Shown: positions 29,116-37,764 of the stretch, one piece after another
Layout of the letters: each line of letters opens with the position of its first letter
How positions within the stretch are numbered: the first letter of the stretch is position 1
Virus record (IMG/VR): IMGVR_UViG_3300017917_004222
Coordinates: 32,001-96,000 of that record
DNA: 64,000 bases
Source: a virus
Reading direction: 5' to 3' (one strand)
Program-made: the position numbers and the translations under genes
The notes under the pieces: model-generated
The model's database searches: none
Told to the model about the DNA's origin: nothing
Seen by the model: the letters and a program-made list of their open reading frames with translations, nothing else

Positions 29116-30368
29116 TACCAGAACCCTCCTCTAAGCAGACGTCCATTAGCAAACCCTTCCAGACTGAACTGCTGGCTCACTTGCGATCGTGTTTGAACCG
29201 GCAACAGAATCACGCTCACCTGCATTTTGGTAGGCACATACGTGGCGTTGGTGGTTGTGGGTGTGTTGACGTTTTGCGACAACACATCAGGTTCGGGCGG
29301 CCTAGGCACAGCGTTTGGAAACAAATTGGCGTTTTTGAGACGATTGGCCATGGACATGAACGGGCCTGCTTGAGTTATACCGCTGGACCTAGAGTTGCGG
29401 TTTTCCAAGTTCACACCAATTTGATTGGGTGCGTCGGCTCGTATGTAGTCCACATCTGCTGGCAGGCTGTAGGTAAAATTGGTCACCAAGCAGGGGTGAT
29501 TGTTGAAGTGATTGGGACCAAATCCCGAAATGTACACCAAGGGCGGCGGTGTGCCAGCCTGGGCATCCTTGCCGTAAAACATCTTGGTCACAGATCTAAA
29601 AAAGTGTATCACAGCCAGCAAATACTGTGCTTCCACTGTGTCTTGTGCTGTGAATTGCCCGGTCACTGTGATTTCGTTTACAGCGCTGTTCTTGTAGAAA
29701 TAACCACGGTAGTTGCTGTGTATGAGGTCATAGCGATCGTAGTTGGCCACATACTGTGTGTCAACTGTGGGTGTGTACGGAAAAATCACACCCTTTTCTT
29801 TGAGCGGGGCCAGAATGCCTGCATTAGACCCTGCATACAGATAATTGGCTCCCGGAGCCAACGTGATCCTGAAACGCCAATCATCGTTGTTGCCAATGTT
29901 TCTGCGAGCCGACAGCGTTTTTTGATTACGTGCTCGATCACGAGCAGCCGCTTCAGTAGCTGCAGCCTCGCGTTCGCGCTGTTCAGCATTCACCTGCTGT
30001 GCAGCTACTGAACCTGCAGGCAACTGTTCACCTGTTACTGGGTCAAACACAAATTCAGGATTGTTTGGCACGCTGGCTGCGGGCACTGGCTGGGGCGTAC
30101 TCACTTCTGCTGCTGGTGGCGGGGGCGCAGGCGGGGGCGGTGTTATTTGTGTGGTTGAGGGTGGTCTCACAGGATTTGCTGTGGTACCAGATGTGGCCCG
30201 CAACTGCTGGTATAGCGATTGCAGTCGCTTGTCAAGATCAAAGATCTGCAGGGTCAGCTGTGTTTGAGTAGTGGACCCAGGAGGAGCCACAGCCAACTGT
30301 TGCCGTAGCACTCGTAATGCATTCTCTATAGGAGTTATTTGTGATTCTATTTCTGAGCGTGTGGCCAT
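29115..30368 (-). CDS. Tail tube initiator/baseplate-tube junction protein (gp48/gp54-like)
   Basis: 'GVIFPYTP...HSNY..YFYKNS.V..I.VTG.FT...HFFRSVTKMFYG...PPP' tube-like fold after a Pro-rich N-terminus. Confidence 0.6.
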   Translation of the reverse strand: MATRSEIESQITPIENALRVLRQQLAVAPPGSTTQTQLTLQIFDLDKRLQSLYQQLRATSGTTANPVRPPSTTQITPPPPAPPPPAAEVSTPQPVPAASVPNNPEFVFDPVTGEQLPAGSVAAQQVNAEQREREAAATEAAARDRARNQKTLSARRNIGNNDDWRFRITLAPGANYLYAGSNAGILAPLKEKGVIFPYTPTVDTQYVANYDRYDLIHSNYRGYFYKNSAVNEITVTGQFTAQDTVEAQYLLAVIHFFRSVTKMFYGKDAQAGTPPPLVYISGFGPNHFNNHPCLVTNFTYSLPADVDYIRADAPNQIGVNLENRNSRSSGITQAGPFMSMANRLKNANLFPNAVPRPPEPDVLSQNVNTPTTTNATYVPTKMQVSVILLPVQTRSQVSQQFSLEGFANGRLLRGGFW

Positions 30369-30386
30369 GTCTAGTTTCCTGTATCT

Positions 30387-30392
30387 TATTTA
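30387..30392 (-). promoter_or_regulatory. T4-type late promoter core (TAAATA) heading the baseplate operon
   Basis: GGTAAATA 19 nt before the ATG at 30368, followed by an AGGA SD; the same core recurs at 22619-22624, 23027-23032 and 4620-4625. Confidence 0.65.
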
Positions 30393-30424
30393 CCCAAAAA
30401 ATTTTCGGCGTAGATTATGAAAGG

Positions 30425-30452
30425 TTGACAGCGCTTACTTTTGTGTTACAAT
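30425..30452 (+). promoter_or_regulatory. Sigma70-type early promoter of gp55
   Basis: TTGACA-16 nt-TACAAT with an extended -10 TG; AGGAG SD downstream. Confidence 0.7.
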
Positions 30453-30477
30453 AATTACATAGGAGATATCTCAACCC

Positions 30478-31368
30478 ATGACCATACCCAAGACCTCGCC
30501 CCGGGTCAATTACCTCAACAACCGGGACATTCTCAAAGAAATTCACCTTAGCAAGAACACATACTGCTCATTCCTTGATCCTGTTAACGATCATCAATAC
30601 GACATAATTCTTGCCAGCGTTGACATGATCGGCCCGCGCACAGTGGCAGAAGCACAAAGCAATCGTGCAGACCGTATCAAGCGCGAGACCGGCGAAGCGG
30701 TTGACCCAGTTAGTATTCCCACCAGTGATCTAGTGTTTAGAGTCATGACCTGGGAACACATACCCATGGCGCCCAAAAAGCCGCCCAAGGCGGCCAACAA
30801 AAAGCGCAAAGTAGAAGACATTTTGGATCTTGACGACATCACCAGCGATGTGGAAGATCTAGTTGACGAGCCCATTGGAGATCCCACTCATGTGCGAGTA
30901 AACTTTCCGCCCTTTTTTCACTATCGGATTGACAGCAATCAACAGCCGTTCTTGGTTGGCAAGAGTCACTGGCAAGGCGATTTGCACACCGGGCACTACA
31001 GCCGAGAACATGGACAAATGACCAAGAAACTGGCCATGATGTTCATGAAGCTGTGCGAACGCTATGCCACTAGATCCAACTGGCGCGGTTACACCTACAA
31101 CGAAGAAATGCGCGGCCAGGCCCTGTTGCAGCTGAGTCAGATTGGCCTGCAATTTGACGAGAGCAAGAGTCAAAACCCCTTTGCTTACTACACCGCTGCC
31201 ATTACCAACAGCTTCACCAGGATCCTCAACATTGAGAAAAAGAATCAAAACATACGCGACGACATCTTGGAAATGAACGGGCTCAATCCATCATGGACTC
31301 GACAAAACTCCGGCGCACCCAGCATGGCTGACATGTCCGGACCGGTTGTTTCTAGCTTGGATGAGTAA
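30478..31368 (+). CDS. gp55: Late-transcription sigma factor, T4 gp55-like
   Basis: 'NYLNN.D', 'NWRGYTYNEEM...FDESKSQNPFAYYT....NSF.R.L..EKK'; 55-47-46 synteny. Confidence 0.9.
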   Translation: MTIPKTSPRVNYLNNRDILKEIHLSKNTYCSFLDPVNDHQYDIILASVDMIGPRTVAEAQSNRADRIKRETGEAVDPVSIPTSDLVFRVMTWEHIPMAPKKPPKAANKKRKVEDILDLDDITSDVEDLVDEPIGDPTHVRVNFPPFFHYRIDSNQQPFLVGKSHWQGDLHTGHYSREHGQMTKKLAMMFMKLCERYATRSNWRGYTYNEEMRGQALLQLSQIGLQFDESKSQNPFAYYTAAITNSFTRILNIEKKNQNIRDDILEMNGLNPSWTRQNSGAPSMADMSGPVVSSLDE

Positions 31369-31374
31369 TATACT
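31346..31374 (+). promoter_or_regulatory. Sigma70-type promoter of gp47 (predicted leaderless)
   Basis: TTGTTT-17 nt-TATACT; the predicted +1 falls on the ATG at 31381. Confidence 0.5.
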
Positions 31375-31380
31375 GTTGTG

Positions 31381-32397
31381 ATGAGTAACCTATTCCGCAA
31401 AGCTGCTATCTTCACAGACATTCATTTCGGGCTCAAGTCAAACAGTGTGGTTCACAACGAGGACTGTTTGGCTTTTGTTCAATGGGCCACTGCCACTGCC
31501 CGGGCACAGGGGTGTGAAACCTGTCTGTTCCTGGGCGATTGGCACAACAACCGCAGTAGCCTGAACATTGTGACCCTGAACTACAGCCTAAGGGCTCTGG
31601 AGCACTTGAATGCCAACTTTGATCGAGTGTATTTTATACCTGGCAACCACGATCTTTATTATCGCGATCGGCGTGACATACAGAGCGTTGAGTGGGCTAG
31701 ACATCTCCCCAACGTGGAAATTTGTAATGATTGGGTCACTAGCGGCAACGTCACTATCGCTCCTTGGCTGGTGGGCGATGATCACAAGCGTTTGACCCGG
31801 ATGTCTGGACAATACTTGTTCGGGCACTTTGAACTGCCAGGTTACCTCATGAACGCCATGGTGGAAATGCCCGATCATGGCGAGGTCAAGAAAGAAGACT
31901 TGTCGGGCTTTGGTCATGTGTTTACCGGACACTTCCACAAGCGTCAGACCAAGCGCAACATCACCTACATTGGCAATGCATTCCCGCACAACTATGCCGA
32001 CGCTGGCGATGACGAACGCGGCCTGACCATCCTGGAATGGGGCAAAGATCCTGTGTACATGGCCTGGCCTGAACAGCCCACTTACCGTGTGCATGGCCTG
32101 GCCAACTTGATCGACAATGCTGCCACTCTGCTGCGACCCAAGATGCATGTGCGAGTGAACCTGGACATTGAGATCTCGTATGAAGAGGCCAACTTCATCA
32201 AAGAAACGTTTGTTCAACAATACAACCTGCGTGAAATGAGCTTGATCCCCAACAAAACACAGGGCGTGGGTGAAGACCTTGCACCCGGCGATGTCAAGTT
32301 CGAAAGCGTGGATCAGATTGTGACCGATCAGATCACCAACATCGAAAGCGAATTCTACGACAACCGACTGTTGTTGCAAATCTACCAGAACCTATGA
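31381..32397 (+). CDS. gp47: Recombination endonuclease subunit gp47 (Mre11/SbcD-like)
   Basis: Metallophosphoesterase motifs 'TDIHFG', 'LGDW', 'GNHD', 'GHFH'. Confidence 0.93.
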   Translation: MSNLFRKAAIFTDIHFGLKSNSVVHNEDCLAFVQWATATARAQGCETCLFLGDWHNNRSSLNIVTLNYSLRALEHLNANFDRVYFIPGNHDLYYRDRRDIQSVEWARHLPNVEICNDWVTSGNVTIAPWLVGDDHKRLTRMSGQYLFGHFELPGYLMNAMVEMPDHGEVKKEDLSGFGHVFTGHFHKRQTKRNITYIGNAFPHNYADAGDDERGLTILEWGKDPVYMAWPEQPTYRVHGLANLIDNAATLLRPKMHVRVNLDIEISYEEANFIKETFVQQYNLREMSLIPNKTQGVGEDLAPGDVKFESVDQIVTDQITNIESEFYDNRLLLQIYQNL

Positions 32398-32438
32398 TTC
32401 AATTTCAAACTCTCACAGTTTCTTCATTGGCTTGGTAA
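32394..32438 (+). pseudogene. Stranded original 5' end of gp46 (MIQFQTLTVSSLAW*)
   Basis: ATG overlaps the gp47 stop; the first 9 codons match the gp46 N-terminus MIEFKTLTV at 7 of 9 residues. Confidence 0.7.
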
Positions 32439-32470
32439 ATACAGTAGCATTACCAACGGAGTAAGTAACT

Positions 32471-33334
32471 ATGACCAGAGAAATTGTTGAGAAGTATATC
32501 AAGACCAAACGATTCACAGATAAAGTTAACCGGCCGCTGCGGGAAGAAGAATTGTTGGCGCTTGACGAAGTAGTCAAGTACTATGGAATATCAGTGTTCA
32601 CTCGAAACAAAAGTCCACTAGAATCTAGGATAATCAATGATCGAATCCCCCTTATGATCAAACACAATGTGGTGACCATTGTTGAAAATTTAGAAAAGTC
32701 AAAACATGTTCGGAGAAACTCCTTAGAACACTATGAATTGATTTATGGGGACTTTGCTAAAGAGATTTATCTTGCGCGCACAAAAAAGTCATTGCAATGT
32801 GAAGATAACTTTGTTGCTCGACACGGCGAACAAAAAGGAAGGGAACTATGGAAAGAGTTCAGCGCCAAAAAATCCAAAACATCGGCGTTTACTAACTCAA
32901 GAGACTGGTACGTTAAGCAATTTGGAGAAGAAGTAGGAAACAAAAAATGGGATGAGGTGGTCCTCAAGCGCCATCGCAAAAGGTGGACTATAGAAGGGTT
33001 GATCGAAACACATGGTAAGAGCCTAGGTGAGCAGATTTACAAAAACATGCTACAGACCAGACAGAGTTATAAAGGTTATGCTAGGAGAGTTCATGCACTC
33101 AGTCATCAAGTGTACGAAGACAACATCGACATCATAAATCCTAACCGTTATCCAAGAACATTATGCGGTGTTGACGGCGGCTGGCAACTGGATCATATTA
33201 AACCCATCAAAGAATGTTACATTCAAGGTATGTCAGTTGAGGATGCATCCAAGTTGGAAAATTTAAGGATGTTGCCATGGAAAGAAAATTTAGCGAGAAA
33301 CAAGAAAGCAAGGAAACAGAATGATCGAGTTTAA
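32471..33334 (+). mobile_element. Free-standing HNH homing endonuclease
   Basis: C-terminal 'WQLDHIKP...ENLRMLPWKEN..RN'; three '(H/F)G...G...(W/Y)' helical repeats; AT-rich; own TAAATA (32436-32441) and GGAG SD. Confidence 0.75.
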
Positions 33335-35399
33335 AACACTAACTGTCCGAAATTTTATGAGTGTGGGGAACTCAGTCCAAGCCGTGGACTTTGATCGTCG
33401 CGACCTCACACTGGTGCTGGGCGAAAACATGGACCTGGGTGGCGACGGTAGTCGCAATGGCACAGGCAAGACCACCATCATCAATGCCCTGAGCTATGCC
33501 TTGTATGGGCAGGCTCTCAGCAACATCCGCAAGGACAATTTGGTGAACAAGACCAATGGCAAGGGCATGTTGGTCAGTCTCAGCTTTGCCATCAACGGTC
33601 AAAACTATCGAATCGAGCGTGGTCGCAAGCCCAACGTGCTGCGATTCATTGTGAATGACCAAGTGCAAGGGCAAACCGGCGCCGACGAAGCACAAGGCGA
33701 CAGCCGTGAGACTCAAGAAGCCATTGAACGTGTGCTGAACATGAGTCACGACATGTTCAAGCATGTGCTGGCTCTCAACACCTACACCGAACCGTTCTTG
33801 AGTCTCAAGAGCAATGATCAGCGCACCATCATCGAGCAACTGCTGGGCATCACCATGCTGAGTGAAAAGGCCGAACGCATCAAGGAACAGTCGCGAGTGA
33901 CTCGTGATGCTGTGCAGACCGAAGAGCTGAGAATCCGCGCTGTGCAAGAAGCCAACAAGCGCATTGACGAACAGATCAACGGTCTCAAAATGCGTCAAAG
34001 CATGTGGCAGAAAAAACATGATGCTGATTTGAGTCAGTTGGTGACCGAGTTTGATGATCTGCAGCGCATCGACATCGACGCTGAACTGGCTGCACATGCT
34101 GCCTTGGCTGTGTGGTCCGAACAAAAGAAACGCCATGATGCATACATGGCCTTGGTTGCACGTCAACTGGCATGGCAACAGCGTCAGGCACGTGATATAC
34201 AAGCCCTGACGCAACAGCTGACTCAGCTGAGTCACATTGACTTTGATGCTGAACTGGCTGCACATGCTGCTCGGGCACAATGGCAGCGCGTGGTTGCCGA
34301 ACAGGCGGCTCTGCAGCGAAGCATGGCTGCCAACACTGCAGCGGTGGAAAAAGAGCGCCGCATGATCGAAAAGCTCACAGGCGAAATACAGACTCTAGAA
34401 CAACATCGTTGCTATGCTTGTGGCCAGGATTTCCATGATGACCAGCACACTCAGGTGCTGAACAGCAAGCGTGAGCAACTGGCAGAAAGCCAAGCACATC
34501 ACGATGCTGTGTTGGCCCGCATTGCCGAAGATCTCATGCTGGTGACTGATCCCGGAGAAGAGCCACGCACCTTCTACGCAACCGAAGCCGAAGCTGTGCG
34601 GCAAAGTGCAGAGATCGTGAACCTGCAGCAACAGATTGCCACACGTCAAAATGAAACTGATCCCTACTTAGAACAGCTGGCCGAAAGTGAATGCGGTGAC
34701 CCAGGTGCAGCACCGCGCACTCACTATGACTCTGAGCGTGAGGCAGTGGAGCATCGTTCCAGGGTCGAGACCTTGATTCAGCAGATTGAATCCCGAGCCA
34801 CGGAAACTGATCCCTACACTGATCAGATTCAAGACATGCAACAACGTGCCTTGCAGACTGTGGACTACACTGCTCTCAACGAACTCAATCGTTTACAAGA
34901 GCATCAGGAGTTCCTGCTCAAGCTGTTGACCAGCAAGGATTCGTTTGTGCGCAAGAAGATCATTGATCAGAACCTCAGCTATCTCAATCAGCGACTCACA
35001 CACTACCTGGATCGCATTGGACTGCCACACACGGTGAAATTTCAGAACGACCTGTCGGTCATGATTGAAGAGCTGGGACGTGAACTGGACTTTGACAACC
35101 TCAGCAGAGGCGAACGCACTCGCTTGATTCTCAGCATGAGCTGGGCATTCCGTGATGTGTGGGAAAGCCTGTACCACCCCATCAACCTGTTGTTCATTGA
35201 CGAACTCATGGACAACGGCCTTGACACCCAGGGTGTGGAAAACGGTCTGGCCCTGCTCAAGAAGATGAGTCGTGAACGCAACAAGAGCGTTTGGTTGGTG
35301 AGTCACCGTGATGAACTGGCCGGGCGTGTGGAGAATATTCTCAAAGTGGTCAAGGAGCGTGGCTTTACCAGCTACTCAACTGACGTGGAAACGCCATGA
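33321..35399 (+). CDS. gp46: Recombination endonuclease ATPase subunit gp46 (Rad50/SbcC-like)
   Basis: Walker A 'NGTGKTT', CYAC zinc hook, 'LSRGE' signature, Walker B 'LFIDE', 'SH' H-loop. Confidence 0.95.
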   Translation: MIEFKTLTVRNFMSVGNSVQAVDFDRRDLTLVLGENMDLGGDGSRNGTGKTTIINALSYALYGQALSNIRKDNLVNKTNGKGMLVSLSFAINGQNYRIERGRKPNVLRFIVNDQVQGQTGADEAQGDSRETQEAIERVLNMSHDMFKHVLALNTYTEPFLSLKSNDQRTIIEQLLGITMLSEKAERIKEQSRVTRDAVQTEELRIRAVQEANKRIDEQINGLKMRQSMWQKKHDADLSQLVTEFDDLQRIDIDAELAAHAALAVWSEQKKRHDAYMALVARQLAWQQRQARDIQALTQQLTQLSHIDFDAELAAHAARAQWQRVVAEQAALQRSMAANTAAVEKERRMIEKLTGEIQTLEQHRCYACGQDFHDDQHTQVLNSKREQLAESQAHHDAVLARIAEDLMLVTDPGEEPRTFYATEAEAVRQSAEIVNLQQQIATRQNETDPYLEQLAESECGDPGAAPRTHYDSEREAVEHRSRVETLIQQIESRATETDPYTDQIQDMQQRALQTVDYTALNELNRLQEHQEFLLKLLTSKDSFVRKKIIDQNLSYLNQRLTHYLDRIGLPHTVKFQNDLSVMIEELGRELDFDNLSRGERTRLILSMSWAFRDVWESLYHPINLLFIDELMDNGLDTQGVENGLALLKKMSRERNKSVWLVSHRDELAGRVENILKVVKERGFTSYSTDVETP

Positions 35400-35408
35400 A
35401 ATTTAAGT

Positions 35409-35454
35409 GTGTGCTGGGTCCGTGCATAATTACTTGCTCAAGGACCCAGCACAC
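35409..35454 (+). promoter_or_regulatory. SD-sequestering hairpin with a late-promoter-like TAATTA in its loop
   Basis: Perfect 13-bp stem GTGTGCTGGGTCC/GGACCCAGCACAC ending 2 nt before the ATG at 35457. Confidence 0.65.
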
Positions 35455-35456
35455 TC

Positions 35457-35900
35457 ATGACATGGCTATACCAAGGATCACCAGTTGAAACATTACCGGA
35501 AGAGTGTGCAGGATTTGTGTACCTTATTCAAAACACTCTAACCGGTCGCAAGTACATAGGCAAAAAACTAGCAAAATTTTCTCGAACCAGGCAGCAGACA
35601 GTAAAACTCAAGAACGGCAGCAAAAAGAAAAAGAAAATTCGCACCAAGGTGGATTCGGATTGGCGTGACTACTACGGTAGCAGTCCCGAGCTCACCCGAG
35701 ACATAGAACAGTTAGGCAAAGAGCATTTCACACGAGAGATCCTGTACTATTGCGGCAGCAAATCTGAATGCAGTTATGTTGAAGCAAGAGAGCAGTTCAC
35801 TCGCCGAGTACTAGAGTCCGATGAGTACTACAACGGTCACATTCAAGTGAGAGTGCATGGGTCGCACATTAAGGGCAAGATGATTAATGAAGCGCAATGA
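35457..35900 (+). CDS. Short GIY-YIG family nuclease (catalytic domain only)
   Basis: 'GFVYLIQNTLTGRKYIGKK...YYGSS...F.REIL...E...YYN'. Confidence 0.8.
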   Translation: MTWLYQGSPVETLPEECAGFVYLIQNTLTGRKYIGKKLAKFSRTRQQTVKLKNGSKKKKKIRTKVDSDWRDYYGSSPELTRDIEQLGKEHFTREILYYCGSKSECSYVEAREQFTRRVLESDEYYNGHIQVRVHGSHIKGKMINEAQ

Positions 35901-36117
35901 ATTCTCATACACTCGAATGCCGTTTGGTCAATATCGTGGACGCTACCTGCGAGAAGTGCCCGACCAGTATCTGGCCTGGGCATCTGTTGCAGTGAGCGAT
36001 CAAGGGCTTGCACTCATGTTCCGTGCTGAACTGGCCAATAGACACACTGACTGGCAGCAACTAGAAGCAAACCTTCAAGCATCCACTAGAAACAAACACA
36101 GGCAACATCAGCGGTAA
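35887..36117 (+). CDS. DUF3820-like small protein
   Basis: 'MPFGQYRG..L.EVPDQYL.W' motif; overlaps the GIY-YIG stop. Confidence 0.65.
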   Translation: MKRNEFSYTRMPFGQYRGRYLREVPDQYLAWASVAVSDQGLALMFRAELANRHTDWQQLEANLQASTRNKHRQHQR

Positions 36118-36660
36118 AGGCTTGCGCAGGCCAAATTCGTGCGCTCACGACAAGGGGTTTAACTACACCCGGACGGAAGACTCCAGCCGCCAGGAGCACT
36201 CAGCGACTATCCTTAACAGGACGACGATCGGATACGCCTTCGTACAACCGGTTTCGCTGTTTGAACAGAATTTTGAAAAAGGCTAAAAGACGCTGCCGCG
36301 AGGCAGCAGGTTTGTCGCATGCGCTGGTATGCATGTGGCAAGCTGCCGTTGTGAACAAGAACGAAACGAGCAGGTACCGGACAACCGCCTGTGCGTTTGC
36401 TAACAGCAAACATAGTTTTAATACCAGTGACTGCGCTACTCAGATGAAGTTCCAGTTTCTTTGCCCTGTGCGGGCAAAGTGTGACCACTTAATCTAGATG
36501 AATATTCTTTCGCTTCGCTTTGTTCAGTGCTGTTCTAAAACAAGTGTGAACGAAGTGAAACACAGATGTGCGTTAGCACATCTCCTGTGAGTGGGTGACA
36601 GTGACACTACAAATGAAAATCCACGTGTGTTACGTGGATTGAGGGTTTGGTGTCTTGACC
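36118..36660 (+). ncRNA. Candidate large structured non-coding RNA (alternatively a structured DNA element or origin)
   Basis: ~540 nt without a credible ORF; about 10 stems, including a GNRA tetraloop and G-U-rich helices on the + strand. Confidence 0.55.
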
Positions 36661-36664
36661 GACA

Positions 36665-36901
36665 TCAGAAGAATGGCAACTTGGAATTCTTGGTTGTTTC
36701 AATGTTCTCCTTGATCAGTTCATTGATCATGGTACGTTCAGCAGAGCTCATGTTCATAACGTCGTTGTAAGTGGCCCCTCCCCGCATGTGCCAGCTCATT
36801 TTGATGCAGCTCTTTCTGATGGTGTTGGCCTCCTGGTCCATCTGCTCAATCAAGGCCTGAATTTCGTCTGCTGCGTAATTCAGGAGGCGTCCTCGAAAAA
36901 A
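36665..36901 (-). CDS. -1 frame extension of the gp26-like chaperone (GT-like; gp51-like position)
   Basis: Open frame FFRGRLLN...KLPFF overlaps the end of 36880-37725 at a T TTT TTC heptamer; independent ATG initiation (MDQEA) is not excluded. Confidence 0.65.
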   Translation of the reverse strand, partial: FFRGRLLNYAADEIQALIEQMDQEANTIRKSCIKMSWHMRGGATYNDVMNMSSAERTMINELIKENIETTKNSKLPFF

Positions 36902-37725
36902 CTTGATGCATCCAGTGAGATACCCTGCTGATATTCGTGTCCGCACTCGGGGCAGGCTAGATTCATTGGAGGAATGTCACTGCCGGATCTCAATTCAATC
37001 ACATGATCTTTTATGCGGTTGAACGTGATACGATCGCAGTGTTCCAGCCATTCATGAATGTGTTCACGTTCGGTGACCACAGCAGTTGGAGTCTTGATGG
37101 CGGCAACCGAATATGAAATGGCTTCACTGGTGATGTGAGTGAGATCAAGCAAGGTCTTTTGTAACAGCGCTACCTTTTCTTCTTCGGGCATGCTGCGATC
37201 TGCAGTCAGCATGGCTATGGTTTTTTGCTGTTCAAACTGTTTGATGTTGATCTGATTGATCACGTCAAAGGTCATGGGCTGGAAATAAATTTCCAGGTCT
37301 CCATGAATCATGGGCTGTTCAAAGTCAACTCTTTTCAAATTGCCCAGCATGATACGCATGTCCGCTGAGTATTCTTGCTCGTGTTTGCAATTGGGACACT
37401 TGCTGGACACTTCCAACTCATGTCCGCTGCTGGCAATGCGGATTCCCAACAAAATGGCGTTCAAATCCACGCTGGGTACTTTCCATGCATTTTTAATGGC
37501 AGGCACACAGCTTTGTACCACAGACACCACGGCTTGTCCGTTGTACAGCGCATCCGGTGTTCGATAAGTGATTTCGTCAATGGCAGTCATGGGATACACC
37601 GGAATCTCGCGGTTGGCAGGCATGTCCAGTGCGCCTTCGAGCCAATGGTTTCCTTCGCTGGGTAACTGCAAATAGATGGCCGGTTGACGGAAAAATTGTG
37701 CTAGTGGGTTGGCGGAATTGGTCAT
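36880..37725 (-). CDS. Baseplate hub assembly/tail chaperone, gp26-like
   Basis: 'LPS.G...PMTAIDEI...DL..IL..IRIAS.G', two CxxC pairs, ends 'SFF'. Confidence 0.75.
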   Translation of the reverse strand: MTNSANPLAQFFRQPAIYLQLPSEGNHWLEGALDMPANREIPVYPMTAIDEITYRTPDALYNGQAVVSVVQSCVPAIKNAWKVPSVDLNAILLGIRIASSGHELEVSSKCPNCKHEQEYSADMRIMLGNLKRVDFEQPMIHGDLEIYFQPMTFDVINQINIKQFEQQKTIAMLTADRSMPEEEKVALLQKTLLDLTHITSEAISYSVAAIKTPTAVVTEREHIHEWLEHCDRITFNRIKDHVIELRSGSDIPPMNLACPECGHEYQQGISLDASSFFEDAS

Positions 37726-37733
37726 AAAACACC

Positions 37734-37752
37734 TATAAATATAGTCTACTTA
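37734..37752. promoter_or_regulatory. Divergent late promoters
   Basis: Perfect TATAAATA (+, 37734-37741) for the tape measure gene; TAAGTA variant (-, 37747-37752) for the gp26-like gene. Confidence 0.65.
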
Positions 37753-37764
37753 TGGTGCAAAAAC

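Noticed and set aside
32421-33347. HNH insertion as a self-splicing intron in gp46
   Set aside because: The ORF fills almost the whole insert and gp46 has its own complete start downstream
36195-36215. TCAGCGACTA resembling the group I intron R/P7 element
   Set aside because: No matching S element was found and no interrupted gene flanks the region
36200-36497. Short ORFs inside the structured non-coding region
   Set aside because: No SD, non-ATG or weak starts, no protein-like motifs, and they overlap dense stems
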